This document shows positions 1-13,478 of a DNA stretch of 64,000 nt, in pieces. Made by a program: the position numbers and the translations under genes. The notes below the pieces were generated by a model. That model was not told where the DNA came from. It was given only the letters and a program-made list of their open reading frames with translations, and did no database searches. Position 1 is the stretch's first letter, and the number at the start of each line of letters is the position of its first letter. The stretch is from the human T2T-CHM13v2.0 reference genome, Homo sapiens, in assembly GCF_009914755.1 (NCBI RefSeq), contig NC_060940.1, one strand, 5' to 3'.

Positions 1-129
1 TTTTTTGAGCCTTTCCTTTCCCTTAGCCCACACATTCTCCACCATAAAACTGTTATTCTGACTTGCTGATTTCAAATTTTGTTTCTTCCCAGCCTAACTA
101 GCAGTTAACTAGCAGATAACTGTAATCTG

Positions 130-752
130 TCACCTTCATCCTATAACTACTGCAAATCTGAATAACTGATTATCTAGGCTCCCCTCACTCTCATCCATTG
201 GACACAATACACCCAGCCAGAGTCTTAAAATTCTATGCCTATTATTTCTTCTTCAGTGGCTTCCTACCGTCCTTAGGAGAAAATTTAACCTTCTTAATAT
301 AACATACATTGTCTTCCATGGTCTTGAATTGGTTTACCTATCAAACCACTTAATGTTCTCTCTCACTGATTCTTCCCCAGCCACAATGTACTCATTTACT
401 CCTAAAACATGCCCTGTTCTTGCTCACCTGAAAACTTTCACAAACATTCTCTTATTTGCCTCTTGCCCGACTTTTGGTTACTATTCTAGTGTCTGTCTAC
501 AATTTCCTTTTTCAAAATTTCTCTCCAAATGGGTAGGATACTTGGTTCTGCTATAAATTTCTAGGGTATTCTGTTATTTCATTTTGATAGCCTTTATTAT
601 ATTTAAAAACTAATCCTCATTCAATTTTCTGCCTTTCCTGCTTGTCTACAAGTGGTAGGATGGCAGACTTTACACTTGTCATGCTCACTACACGAACACA
701 CATGAACACAGTATTTGGCATATGGTAGGTGCTTACTCAGTTACTGTTGAAT
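130..752 (+). mobile_element. L2 LINE 3' fragment (degenerate)
   Basis: L2-like 'cttcagtggcttcctacc..cttaggagaaaattt' and terminal 'ggcatatggtaggtgcttactcagttactgttgaatt'. Confidence 0.6.
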
Positions 753-859
753 TAGCAGATGCCACAAATACACACTATACATTCCCTCATGGAGACTGCT
801 CACTTCTATGGCAAGACATCAGAACTCCTGAACCACATAACACAAAGCAGTATTGCTTA

Positions 860-1050
860 AGTGTGAAAAAAATGAGCCTTCATGGCTCTATTGCTTACAA
901 ACTTTATGACCTTAGGCAAGCCATTTGACTTCCTTCTTCATCTGAAAAAAGTAGTTTTAAAAATTACTTTACTGGATTTTTGTGAGCAATAGATTAAGAT
1001 CATCTATGTAAAGCGATTACCCCAGTGCCTCACACAGAGTAAACAACTGT
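860..1050 (+). mobile_element. MIR SINE
   Basis: Core 'tgaccttaggcaagccattt..catctgaaaaa' and tail 'atgtaaagcgattaccccagtgcctcacacagagtaa'. Confidence 0.7.
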
Positions 1051-1108
1051 TTTATGTCAACAATTATTATTATTTTGGGATGAGGCTATAAGGTGCTATC
1101 TGTAGGGG

Positions 1109-1646
1109 TGTGATGGTTAACACTGAGTATCAATTTTATTGGATTGAAGGATGGAAAGTATTGTTCCTAGTTGTGTCTGCGAGGGCATTGCCAAAGGAAA
1201 TTAACGTTTGAGTCAGTGGACTGGGAGAGGGAGACCCACTCTCAGTCTGGTTGGGCACCATCTAATCAGCTGCCAGTGCAGCCAGAATAAAGCAGGCAGG
1301 ATAAGTTGAATAGAGATGTCCTGAGTCTTTCAGCTTTCATCTTTCTCCAGTGCTGGATGCTTCCTGCCCTCAAACACTAGATTCCAGGTTCTTCAGCTTT
1401 TGGACTATGGACTTACACCAGTGATTTGCCAGGGACTCTCAGGCCTTTGGCTACAGATTGAAGGCTATACTGTAGGCTTCCCTATTTTGAGGTTTTGGGA
1501 CCCAGACTGGCTTCCTTGCTCCTCAGCTTGCAGACAGGCTATTGTGAGACTTCACCTTGTGATTGTGAGTCAATAGTCCTTAACAAACCCCCCTTAATAT
1601 ATACATCTATCCTATTAGTTCTGTCCCTCTAGAGAACCCTAATACA
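1109..1646 (+). mobile_element. MLT2A2-like (HERV-L) solo LTR
   Basis: TGTGATGGTTAA...CCTATTAGTTCTGTCCCTCTAGAGAACCCTAATACA termini; near-TSD agggg/ggggg. Confidence 0.9.
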
Positions 1647-2219
1647 GGGGGTTGGGGGCAGGCTTAGCTGCTTCCATTTCATCCAAAAATGGTTATAAAA
1701 TCTTCAGTCCTTTCCCTTTTGTTTCCCATTGCCTTAATCATTTATGGGAATGATTCAATTACAGTTTCCAGTCAATGTACCTCATCTTAGTGCTTTTAAA
1801 AGTCCATTCAAGTTAAGCTTATTTAAGCAGTGAGGGAGGAAGTGATAGTCTTCTTTGCTGTTGACAGAACCTGACATGTGGCATGCCTGATTCATCAACT
1901 ACAGACAGCATTTAACTTATTTATGAGGTGCACAGTGCAAAATTTTCATTTTCAAGATTCTGCAGATTCTGAGATGGTGTTCAAGCTTTCTAGGGTTTTT
2001 CAAGGTCTAGGGCCATTCCAGAAAAAACAAAAAAATATTATTTGTAGTAGTCACCAGGCTGCAAAATTTGAGCATGGTATCACTAGTGTTCTGTCCATGG
2101 GTGGAATCATTACTCCAAAAAGGTGTTCCCAATACTTTAAAATACATAGTGATTTAAAGTGTGTATTTATTTGTGATATTTCTCCCATTTTTCTTTTCAT
2201 CATCTTAGTCCAAAATAAG

Positions 2220-2835
2220 ATTAATTCTCTCCTAGATATCCACATCCTCTATCTAACTTGCCTCCCTGAATATCTATTTCTGGATCACATTTCACTTTCC
2301 CTATCAAATATCTATTCAACATGCAAATCCCTGTATTCCACTTCCATGCACAAAACCATTCAATGTCTTTCCACTGATCTTTAGATAAAACCTCATCATT
2401 TTAACATGGCTTAATTAATCCTCCCATTATCCATTGAGTACTCCTAGAACATCAGTTCTACCCACCCATACATCCCTTTTTTTAGTTTTTGTAACATGTG
2501 TATGATCACTCACCTGCCTTGGAAGCTTTATACAATATCTTACCTTTAATATGCTTCTTTCCATTGCACCAACCACCTTTGCCTAGTTACCTCCTCATCT
2601 TTTGAACAACAGATAAAACATAGCTGTCTGAAGAGAACTTTCCTCAGGCCCCCGTCTGTATCAGATCTTTTTGTTATACAGTGTCACAGAAAAACACTTT
2701 TACTTCACCATATTAATCTTAGTGACTATGCACTGATTCGTGTACTTACTAATTAGAATATTAACTGCTAAGACTGCAGGGACCTGCTTTTCATTGTATT
2801 CCTACATTCCACTTAGCATGTGACACATGGTCTAA
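2220..2835 (+). mobile_element. L2 LINE fragments
   Basis: 'aaaaccattcaatgtctttccactgatctttagataaaac', 'ttcattgtattcc..cttagcatgtgacacatgg'. Confidence 0.55.
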
Positions 2836-4215
2836 AATAATTTTGGAAAGCACAATGAAACCTAACTTGAGATGTAGTCAGAATTTAGAGAAAATTAGTA
2901 CAAACACGAATGCCTTCTACATCCATTTACGATACTAAGAGGATCCAGAGATTGAGTCAAGACCATTGAACCAAACTAAATAAGCCCAGAAATCCCACTT
3001 GTGACTCTGTCCGTAATAAGATGGTCTACAGTATGATCACAACCGAAACATGTATAAATAATATGAGGGTCTGTCTATGGGAGACAAAATTTGTAACTCA
3101 TAGATTGATGTTGCAATGGTGGTTTCAATGTTTCTACAAATCACCAACTGAGGTAAGAGCTGCATTCAGTGAACCAGTTCTACCTGATGCTGAAGAGAAG
3201 GAGGAGAAAGTATGGAAACAGGAATAATCCTCAAGAGATTTCCAAGGGATATCCGAGATCATGAATGTAATTCTCCACTGATTCGTAGTGAGCTAACTTT
3301 ATACCTGAATTAGGAAGTTACCTTAAGTCTAAATACATTAGAAGATGTAAATATCACATAATTCATATCCACTTTGGCTCAGGAAACATCATAGGCAATG
3401 AACATTCAGAAAAAAACACCACTGCCTGATGTGCACAAAACAGAGTGGCACGTGATGAAGCCAAGAGAGTATCTACAACATTTCAGACACTATATTGAGG
3501 ATACATTATGAAATATATAGATAGGAAATATATATAATTAATACTTCTCACAGTATTAGCCTTCACTGCCCTCTTTTTAAAATTTAATTATGAGCAAAGA
3601 GGATCTCGGATAAATTATTTATAAAGCCTACACAACCCGTGCAATTGTAAAGGAAGTAGTCACACAAAGGTGAGACTAACACTCTGACTCCAAGGCTATA
3701 ATGTTTCTACTCTACAACAGGCTAAACTGTAAGAGAAAAATGTATAAGAGGCAAAAATCTCAATCTCTCTCTATATACATATGTCTCTCTCTAGATTTTA
3801 CTCCTGCTCTTGTTTTCTCATCTTGAACACAGATGATATAAGTAGATATAAATATCACTAAGCATCAACATAGACATAACCATGTCTGTATAGTGTTGGC
3901 TTATCATTGATTTTCTCTATTCTGATTTTCGTCTTTATAATTCAGTGAACACTGGAAGAGTTACCATTAAATAATTGTATTAAATCCCTTATTATATGCT
4001 AGATTCATAATTAGACATTTAATATGAAGGTCATCCATTTGTGGTACAATGTGATTCTGATGCTGTCTAATGTATGACATTTTCCAATGTCATTTCTATA
4101 TACTGAGGCTTGATAAAATATCAGACATGTATGTATAACTAGAAAGTACTAAAGTTGCGATTTGAGTAAAGAATGTAAAATGATACCATAATTTTTATTT
4201 TTAAAACACAATTTT

Positions 4216-4526
<311 letters not shown>

Positions 4527-5489
4527 TTAGGCAGAGCCAGATTTAACCAGAATACAAAATTGAATGAGTGAAAGCAAACATCACAATTAGAGAATCCTAT
4601 AGGAGCACATACAGTAAAATAAAAATAAAGAAATCAATACTTAGACATTATCTGGTAACTATGTTTTTCTCTGGTGTTGTCTATGACAACTTAATTTATC
4701 ATTTTTTAAAACTTTTTCAAAAATCTTTCAGGATTAATTTCTAATCTATTCTTCATTTTCTGTATGACTGCGATTGCATGTCATAGAGAATAATGGAGTA
4801 AATGGAAAAATTGGATGAATATTAGTTTCCGTATTAAGTTTTAAAATAATATATTAAAAATTATAAAATTGCTGGTATGTGCATCTGGTTGAGGAACATT
4901 AATTGATGACCCTATAAGGGATAAATTGATTATTGTTATAGAATAGAATAGAAAGTAGAACAAATACTGGATTTATTAAAATAATATAATTTCCCGAATG
5001 CTGGAGGTGAGAGTCCAGTCTTCTTTATGACAATCAAATAGACTTTGGCTGGAAGAGGGAGCTATTTTTGCGGATTACTTTTCAAGAGATATGTAATTAA
5101 TTTAGAACATAATAAGATTAAAATCGTAACAATTATAAATGAATTAGAAATCAAAATCCGAAGAATCTTCACCATGGAAAAAAGTTGGAAATTGAACATT
5201 TCTTCACCTTAGATATTTCTAAGCCCTAATAAGTCTTCAACATCATATGATGTTAGAAATATCATTTAATTTTAGAAATACTATTAATCAGCAGAAACTG
5301 CATGCCAGATTTTGGCAAAGAAAAAACAAGGCTCTTATTTCCAGAGTTACTCAAGAATAGAACAAACTTCACAGAGTTTCCAAACAAAGAACCTAAGCTA
5401 GACTGAATTACCAATTGAAAGACATTAACAACAGAAATGAAGCTTTGATTAATAGCTTGAACAAATGAATAGGTTAATAAATAAAAAAT

Positions 5490-5630
5490 ACTCATTTATT
5501 TATATAAAAATAGTTTTTACAGAATATTGAGTATGACTCAATACTGTGCTTCTAACACTATAGGCATAGTACCTGATCCTGTTAATTTCACAATGAAGTG
5601 AGACAAAATACCCATTAACAAATCAGCACC
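5490..5630 (-). mobile_element. L2 3' end fragment
   Basis: 'ctcatttattt..tattgagtatgactcaatactgtgcttctaacacta' resembles the reverse complement of the L2 tail. Confidence 0.4.
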
Positions 5631-7414
5631 AGTGGGATGTAAAATCTGCAGTCCAACTGAATATCTTCCTATCTATAAGAAAAATAACTTTCCAACATTT
5701 AGTAGCATCAGACCCAAATTCCCATTCGTATGAACAGACTTTTGATGTTATTAAGAGAAAATGGCACACCAATTACTTGGAATAATTAGCAAAAGAGAAG
5801 TTGAAATTGAGAACCGGAAAACTGAGTATACAGTGTAACAGATTTAGAGTAAACACATTTGCAATGTGGTTTGAGAAAAAAATCAAATGAACTTTGAAGA
5901 GAAAAAGCTAAAATATATGTAAACAATGTTAATGGCATGTGCTTATGAAAAGTTATCCAGGAATGAGATAAGTAAGGCTAGAATATTTGATTGCTGGAGA
6001 AAGGATAAAAAAAAAATCTCTTAATCTATAGTAAGAGTGGGTATCACATTTTCCTGTGTCTCTAGGGTCGTGGCCAAGACCTGCTTAGTAAGAATCAGTG
6101 TTGTGAGTTATGAAATCAGTAAGAAATCAGCCATCTGGAAATAGGACTAGACCAGACCAAAAAAAAAAAAAAAAAAACCTTGTAATCTGTATATTATGTG
6201 AAATAAAGACAGGAAAAAAAAATATATATACACAATAGGATATTATATATACAATTTTATAATTAAGTTTATACTAATGAAGGGACTTTAAATGAAAATT
6301 GTCTGAAAGACTGACTTGATGATTTATGCACAAAAAAACTAGATTATATTTTAGTAGCCCAAGTTTCTTATGTTCATTTAACATAAATATTAGATATAAA
6401 GATTTTCGTAAGTAAACTTGTATCCTTGTAATATACACTTCCCAAGTGATTTTAAAATTCTGACCAAAAATTATAAGTCCCAGATGGGGGCATTGTCCTA
6501 TCTTATGTGTAACTGTACTGGAATATTTATTACATTGAATCTGGAAGTTTTATGTTGTTAACATCCACAGATTTCTGGCAAACCTACAGGGCACACTTTT
6601 TAACATTTTGAGAACATCACATTCTCCTTCAATACAGAAACAAACATTTCAGCAAGCAACATCAAGACATATTACTTGTGTTTCAAAGAAACATAGTCCC
6701 AAAGCATTAGTAAGTACTGACCTTGAACTTAAAAACTGTATCTCATGCTCAAGGTTGCCTTGAGGTCTATATGCACTATAATTTACTGAAGTAGTGTCTA
6801 ATAGTAAGGAATCAATATTTGATATTCTTTTCTGTATGTTAAGAATGTTTTGCTGGATGTTGGCTAAAATCAAAACTGTTCTTGGTCAATTAAACAGAGA
6901 TCATTCCCAGACTTAGAGGCACATGGATGAAAGAAAGTAGTTGGGGCACACATAAATCTACTTTAACACCCTGGTTTCAGCATTTGCTTTATCTTTTCTC
7001 AATCTCATTCCATCTACTGGTAAGATTCAGATAATATTTATTCCACTAAGGGGTGTGAGAACTTAGGCACAAGTTATGATACCTGGTGGGAAAATTCACT
7101 GTAGTTAGTGAATAATTGTTCTACCCTAAGGAGACACAGTATATAAAATAAAACATTCCTAAAAAAATATATTAATTTCAGAAGTTTTTCACAAATGTTC
7201 TCCAAGGTATACATATCCGCTGTACATTGATTTTATTTGTTTTACTCACTTTGATTGTAATCAGATAAACTGTATAAACATACCCTAGTTCTACAAATCA
7301 CCCACCATATAACTGAATATTGTCCCCAGATTTCAGCGCCTAAATTTGCATTTGGATTTATGAAAGTATTTATATCAAATGGTATTATTTTGTTAATGCA
7401 CAAAAAGCTGAAGT

Positions 7415-7487
7415 AAACTTAATGCAAAGGTACAAACTTAATGCAAAGGTTAATGCAAAGGTACAAACTTAATGCAAAGGTACAAAG
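7415..7487. repeat. Minisatellite, 19-bp unit AAACTTAATGCAAAGGTAC (~4 copies, one truncated)
   Basis: Directly visible. Confidence 0.9.
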
Positions 7488-7959
7488 ATACAATCATATG
7501 CAATCAAGCCAGAACCAGAACAGAATGAACTCAACCGATGAAGTTTTCTCAACATTTCAAAAGAGACAATGTAAGGAAGAAATAAATCTTGATGTGACAC
7601 CCATAATAATATATGCTATGCAATTCAAAGAAACTTTATTGTTAGCAGTTGGTGTTAGTTTTGCATTCTGAGTAATAATTTAATTCCAGTAAATTATAAC
7701 CCTTTTTTTTTTTACTTTGGGGTGCAATGGATGTATGAGAAACTTTTTATTGTTTTAGTATTTTATGCATAATTTTATTTAGGCTAAAGCCTAAGATATT
7801 TAAAGTAGTTCATGTGAGTGTTTATTTTAATCATATAGAAACAATTATAGATCATTAATTTATTTTTGCTCTTAGAAAGATTCCCAGTTTGAGAAATATT
7901 ATTGTAGTAGGAAGAACAGTTACTGTTCTTAAAGTCAAAGGTCAAGAGTAAGTGCCAAC

Positions 7960-8150
7960 CCCTCCAGTTTCTCTGCAAGCTTTGGCATTAGCTTAACCTC
8001 ACTACCCTCAATTTGCACCCAGATGAAATAGGGATAATAAAAATTCATCCTGCCTCCTTTATAAGGTGTTTGAGAGAATTAAATGAAAGACAAAATATTA
8101 GAGTGCCATGTAATCTGTAAAGTGCGGTATTAATGTAAGGGATTATTCAT
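7960..8150 (+). mobile_element. MIR (MIR3/MIRc-like)
   Basis: 'cttaacctcact..ctcaatttgcac..gaaatagggataata..gagaattaaatga..tgtaaagtgc'. Confidence 0.65.
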
Positions 8151-10635
8151 TTCATCATTAGTAATAAACACTTCAACTCCCTATATCACAACATTGTGTA
8201 AGTTATCTTCACAGGAAAATGTCGAATGCCTTGGAATCCAAATCGTCTAAGGAGTTCATTGCTGCCTTTCATGATTTGGAAGGTTTATCTTACAGGAAAA
8301 CCCGCGTTTTCTGCCACAAAAAAATTTCTGGATTCTGGGACTTAGCAAAAAACTGCAATTTGAAGAGAAAGTGTTGGTTGATGTGTCTGCATGCAAAGAG
8401 TTTGATTATAGGCAAAAAGTTGGGCTTTGCTGTAGACCTTATAAGAATTATTTAATTTCTGTCTGAATTTCAGTTATAACACATCTTGGAAGAAGCTCAT
8501 CTCTTTACCATTTCATGCACAGCTAATGAAAGAATATCATTTGTATAATCCTTAATATAACTATAAGTGCTCTGCAGATAAACTAGAAAACACATTTATA
8601 ATGTTAAGTTTAAAGCTAAATACAAACAGCTTCGATACAAAATAACACTATATATTTAATTTTTTATCTATTTGCTGACTTTTCTAAAGAACGTCTGGCA
8701 ATTATTTAAAAACTACAACAGCACAAAATTTAATTACAGGCAGAAATAGAACATCAAGTTCAAGAAAAAAATGCAAATTTTTATCGTATATTATTTCGTA
8801 GTTGCTTCAAACATACAATTACCATTTCAGCAGCTGCATAGTATTCTGAACAGTGAATATATGATTGAAAGGTATATATCTTTAATCAATTTTATATGTT
8901 AAATAAGAACACATATGTCTTTTGTGTCTATCTTCGATCAAAATATATAAAATATGTTTCAATCTTTCATGTTTTAGACCTTCACAATGCTTTCCAAAAG
9001 GGTTTATATGTATATTAATTGTTCAAATAACATTAACTGAACATTATTTATCTACAGGCAATATTTCAAGAGCTCAAACTACTTACCCTGTCATCTAGAG
9101 GACACTTATTTACCTATTTTGATACCACTTTGTTTGTATTAACAATTTATTTAAAAATTCAGCTCTTCCAAATCAAAGAAACAGTTAACATTTAAATATA
9201 TTTCTGCTAGTTGATATGCATTGTTGTTCACTTTGTGGTGAGAATGAAAGTTGCTTATAAAGGAGTATAGACCATCTTCAAATTTTCAATAACATTGGAC
9301 ACAATTTTGGCATAATGTAGGTAGATTCTGAAGACAGAATTACTATATAAACAACAACTCATAAAAAATGAAGGTTGATTACTGGGAAAGATCATTTTAG
9401 AGAGTGTGTTCGAGTTTACATGAGAAGACAAGACATCAATTATTGCAAAGTTAAATAAAGAAAGAATTGGAGAGTAGCTCTAGAAATGGGCCACTTAGTC
9501 TGGGGCGCTGGTTCTTCATATGCACTCTCCATTTCATCTTCTATGCCTAGAGTTGCATCCTTAGATATCACCCAGGGCTCTATGTCTTTGTAGTACACAG
9601 AGAAGAGATGGGACCAATATTATTATAAACCTTTTAATGTATTATCTACTTGTACATTATTCCATTAATTTTAAGGCATATTGAGTAGGAATTATCCCAA
9701 TTTCATAGCTAATTTTGATGATGCTAAGAGAGGTCAAGCCATCCACAACTTCTCAAGAATGGTCAATGGATATGAACTTGCTGGTGTCTTAATTTAGCAT
9801 CCATATTTCTGCTGATCTACCCATTTGCCTTCCATAAAGGCATGTATCCTGGAACTATGGGTACTGTCCAAGCAAATACTGATGATCTGGCTGCTGTTAT
9901 ATGAGAACTCATGACACCAACATTTCCCTGAACAATAATACTCCAGCCAGATTTAAATTTGGGGCACTGTCTCTCTGAATGATGGAAGTTGGTCCAGTCT
10001 CCAAAATAAAATAATTTTTTTTAGATTTCCCTTGTGTTTGGTCCTGAATTTTTCCATGCTCTCTGTCTGTTCAAAGTAGTGAAATCACAGATTACCTCAG
10101 TCCTTAGACTACCTGTCATAAAATTATCACTTGAAAGCCCTAACAATATGTGCAAAGCAAGCTCACGGAGCCATCAGTTTAACATGAAGGAAATAGAGAA
10201 TGTATACAAGTTGGATTTTAGTGAAACTTCAATAATTGAGTAGGAATTGGACTGAGGAAGGAAAGGTATTATGCACATAGGGAAACATCATTTCCAAATT
10301 AAACCTTTGAATTTGAAACCTGAAAAATGTATTCAAGTAAAATTCTGTCCTCTTAGGCTGACATTCATTTACAAAATGCCACAAAAAAAGCCCTGTAGTA
10401 CTAAAATTAATATATGACTAGAACTTTACAAAACATATGTCCCTTTTTTGTGAGATTATTGAATCCTTGGTTGTTAGTCGATGTAGCTAGAAAAGTTTTA
10501 ATTATGACGACTTTACACATAGGAAAAATAACATCTCAATCATAATGTTTAAATTTGCATAGCTAGAATATCAGTTCTAGTTTGCGTCTGAAAATGCAAA
10601 CTGAGAGTTCTATCTGCCCGAATAACATAGACTTT

Positions 10636-10656
10636 TGTGTGTGTGTGTGTGTGTGT
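10636..10656. repeat. (TG)n microsatellite
   Basis: Directly visible. Confidence 0.9.
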
Positions 10657-11129
10657 AACAAAAGTCACTATTCTATTTCCTAGTCTTATGAGTCCCTACA
10701 TAATTATTTGTGTGTTCTTACTATTCTACCAGTGTAATGGCAATATGACAAAAAAAATTGTCAAATACTACATTTCCCTCCACCCCAATTTTACACACAT
10801 TGTAGACTCCAGTAACTATTCTGGAGAATACAAGGAAAACAAAAGTCCATAAATAAAATACATAAAATTATAAAAGAAACTCAATAATATAAATGACAAA
10901 GAAATTGACAAAAATAATTTAGATGGCATGTAATTCAGCCCCATATACCTTGATAACACATAAAAATAACATATGGGTGATTTTATGATTCAGGATTAAG
11001 CATGTTAAACTGAAGATTAATGTTATGAATTTAGTCTCTTCGTTAGAAGTGTCTAAGCACTAAGTGCAACAATTGAATCATTTTGCTTAAATGATCAAAG
11101 AAGGAAAATCTTATGTATATTAATCTGAA

Positions 11130-11145
11130 AGAGAGAAAGAGAGTG

Positions 11146-11180
<35 letters not shown>
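11130..11180. repeat. (GA)n-(GT)n compound microsatellite
   Basis: Directly visible. Confidence 0.9.
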
Positions 11181-11771
11181 CTATAGAGGGGCAGGTAGTT
11201 GGTACATGCTCCTGGACAATAACTGTGACATGCCAGTGGTGAGAGCCCATGCAGATCACAATTTTTGCACTCCATAAATATTCAAGAGATGTTTGTGATA
11301 TTTTGTGTTCATTGGGTGTGTTGAAACTACAACCTAAAGGAACATATTAATTTTGAGATAATGCGGTGATATAAATGTTTTCTACAGTGTCTTTATATGA
11401 TTTGATTGGCTTTAATGTGATTTTTAATGGTGGTCCCCCACCCTTCAACAATAATTTTATAGCTTTGCCAGTGTAATGTTTCACTGTTTTTTCCAGCAGA
11501 ATTATCAAATATGGATTTTCTCAGAATGCACAGATCCTTATGTGAAAGGTCATTGTGTTAATTTGTTGATTTGGCTGGCTTAAGTTATGTTTATTCTCTT
11601 CTGATGTTAGCAGCTCAATTCTCCTTTGGAGAATTGGTTCTCTTCTTGACTTGCTTAAGGTCTTTGTGAAAAAGGCAATCAAAATGCTTAGACTTTCCTT
11701 GGTCAAACTTATGCATGTGACTTATGACTAGAACATCTGATTAATTCTTCCAGAAATGTAAACCTTAAGCA

Positions 11772-12057
11772 GTGGCAGTAAGAACCACACGTGTTGTAGA
11801 TGCTCCATCCCAGGTGGTCCCTAAGAAGGCTGTCCCTGGTGCACTCACCTTAAATCCCCAACCTGCCCTAGCTCCTGACTGCTGTCCTTTCTCAGATCTG
11901 ATTCTTCAGCTTTGCTTTGACTTCCTGAACTTTCCCATAAACTTAGGTGAATTGTTTTCTTTTTATGTTTGTTTCTTTTATCTCCTTTCCTTTTCTTTAG
12001 TTTACTTTTCTTGTTCCTTTTGAATTAGCCACAGTCAGTTTCTGCTGCTAGCAACGA
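11772..12057 (+). mobile_element. Old ERVL-type LTR fragment (LTR16/LTR33-like)
   Basis: 3' end 'ttagccacagtcagtttctgctgctagcaac' resembles ERVL LTR termini. Confidence 0.4.
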
Positions 12058-12404
12058 AAAAAAAAAAAAAAAAAAAGAAAAAAGAAAAAACCACCACTAA
12101 CAGTACAACAACAACAAATTAAAAACAAAACACAAAGAAAATGAAACAGCACTTTATGCATATAGCTAATCTGGTTGAGAAATCTTATAATTGGATTTTA
12201 TATTTTTATACCACTCGCCCTCCTGTTCAATTTGAGTTCAGAGGCTTGACTCCACTATTGATCCCTCATATTTATTGTGCTAAGGGGTGGCCTTGTATTC
12301 TAAAAAGGCAAAACAAAACTTCCTTTTATGGAATCACATATCCATTCCTTTCTTTACATTTAAGTGACATCAGGTTATCACTTCTGACTTAGGATGGTCT
12401 CTAA

Positions 12405-13037
12405 TGATGGAGTTCAAAACATATTAGGTTGGTTCAAAACATACTAGGTTGGTAATTGCAGTTAAAAGTAATGGCAAAACCGCAATTACTTGTGCAACAA
12501 ACTAATACTACCCCCAAAATGTGACACCTTGACATTTGAGAAAGCAGCTGAAGCCAGCCAGATGGTCATTCTTTGAACTTTTTCCACGCGTGTCTCATGA
12601 AGCAGTCATGAAACCTAGGAGTGATTTTCTTACGTTCCTCTGAAGGAGATCATAAGACCCTCATGTGAATAGTGCCCTCCCTATACCCGTAGGAAAAGAC
12701 CGTTTTTGTGTCTGAAGATACAGGGACATAAAGAAGAATTTGAACGAACAAGCCTTGCCAAATTCCCCATCGTTACGTTATTACCGTTAAGTTTATTACC
12801 ATTACGTTACACTATTTTATGCGATCATAGGACTACCTACTTTTTCACAAAACCAAATGTAAAAAAGATACACAGGTTTACCATTTCTCTGAGTATTCAT
12901 TTCATGGCAAGGGTTGCTGTGCTATGTAAAACCTATACTAAATAAATGTGTATGCTTTTCTCTTGTTAATCTTTTGTCAGAGGGGCATCAGCCATAAATC
13001 TAGGATGAATGAGAAATAATATGTTTGCTTCTCTATG
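12405..13037 (+). mobile_element. ERV1 solo LTR (MER34-like), interrupted by MADE1
   Basis: 'gagttcaaaacat..ctacccccaaaatgtgacaccttgacatttgag', 'ggaagatcataagaccctcat'-like segment, 'taaataaatgtgtatgcttttctcttgttaatc'. Confidence 0.7.
12424..12505. mobile_element. MADE1 (Hsmar1-derived MITE)
   Basis: ttaggttggt...taattgcag..aaaagtaatggcaaaaccgcaattacttgtgcaacaaactaa, flanked by TA. Confidence 0.85.
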
Positions 13038-13107
13038 CCAACCAGTGTCCCCTTTAATGGCACTACACCTTAAGGATATGACCACAACCTGAGAAAGTCT
13101 GAATCAC

Positions 13108-13478
<371 letters not shown>

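Noticed and set aside
1878-2384. Longest ORF (168 aa)
   Set aside because: GTG start, no recognisable domain, 3' part runs through an L2 remnant, no exon structure.
3100-3160. Possible small exon ending GAG|GTAAGA
   Set aside because: Weak acceptor and no recognisable peptide; isolated donors are common by chance.
5525-5543. 8-bp hairpin containing AP-1 TGACTCA
   Set aside because: Short, within a probable L2 remnant, and expected by chance.
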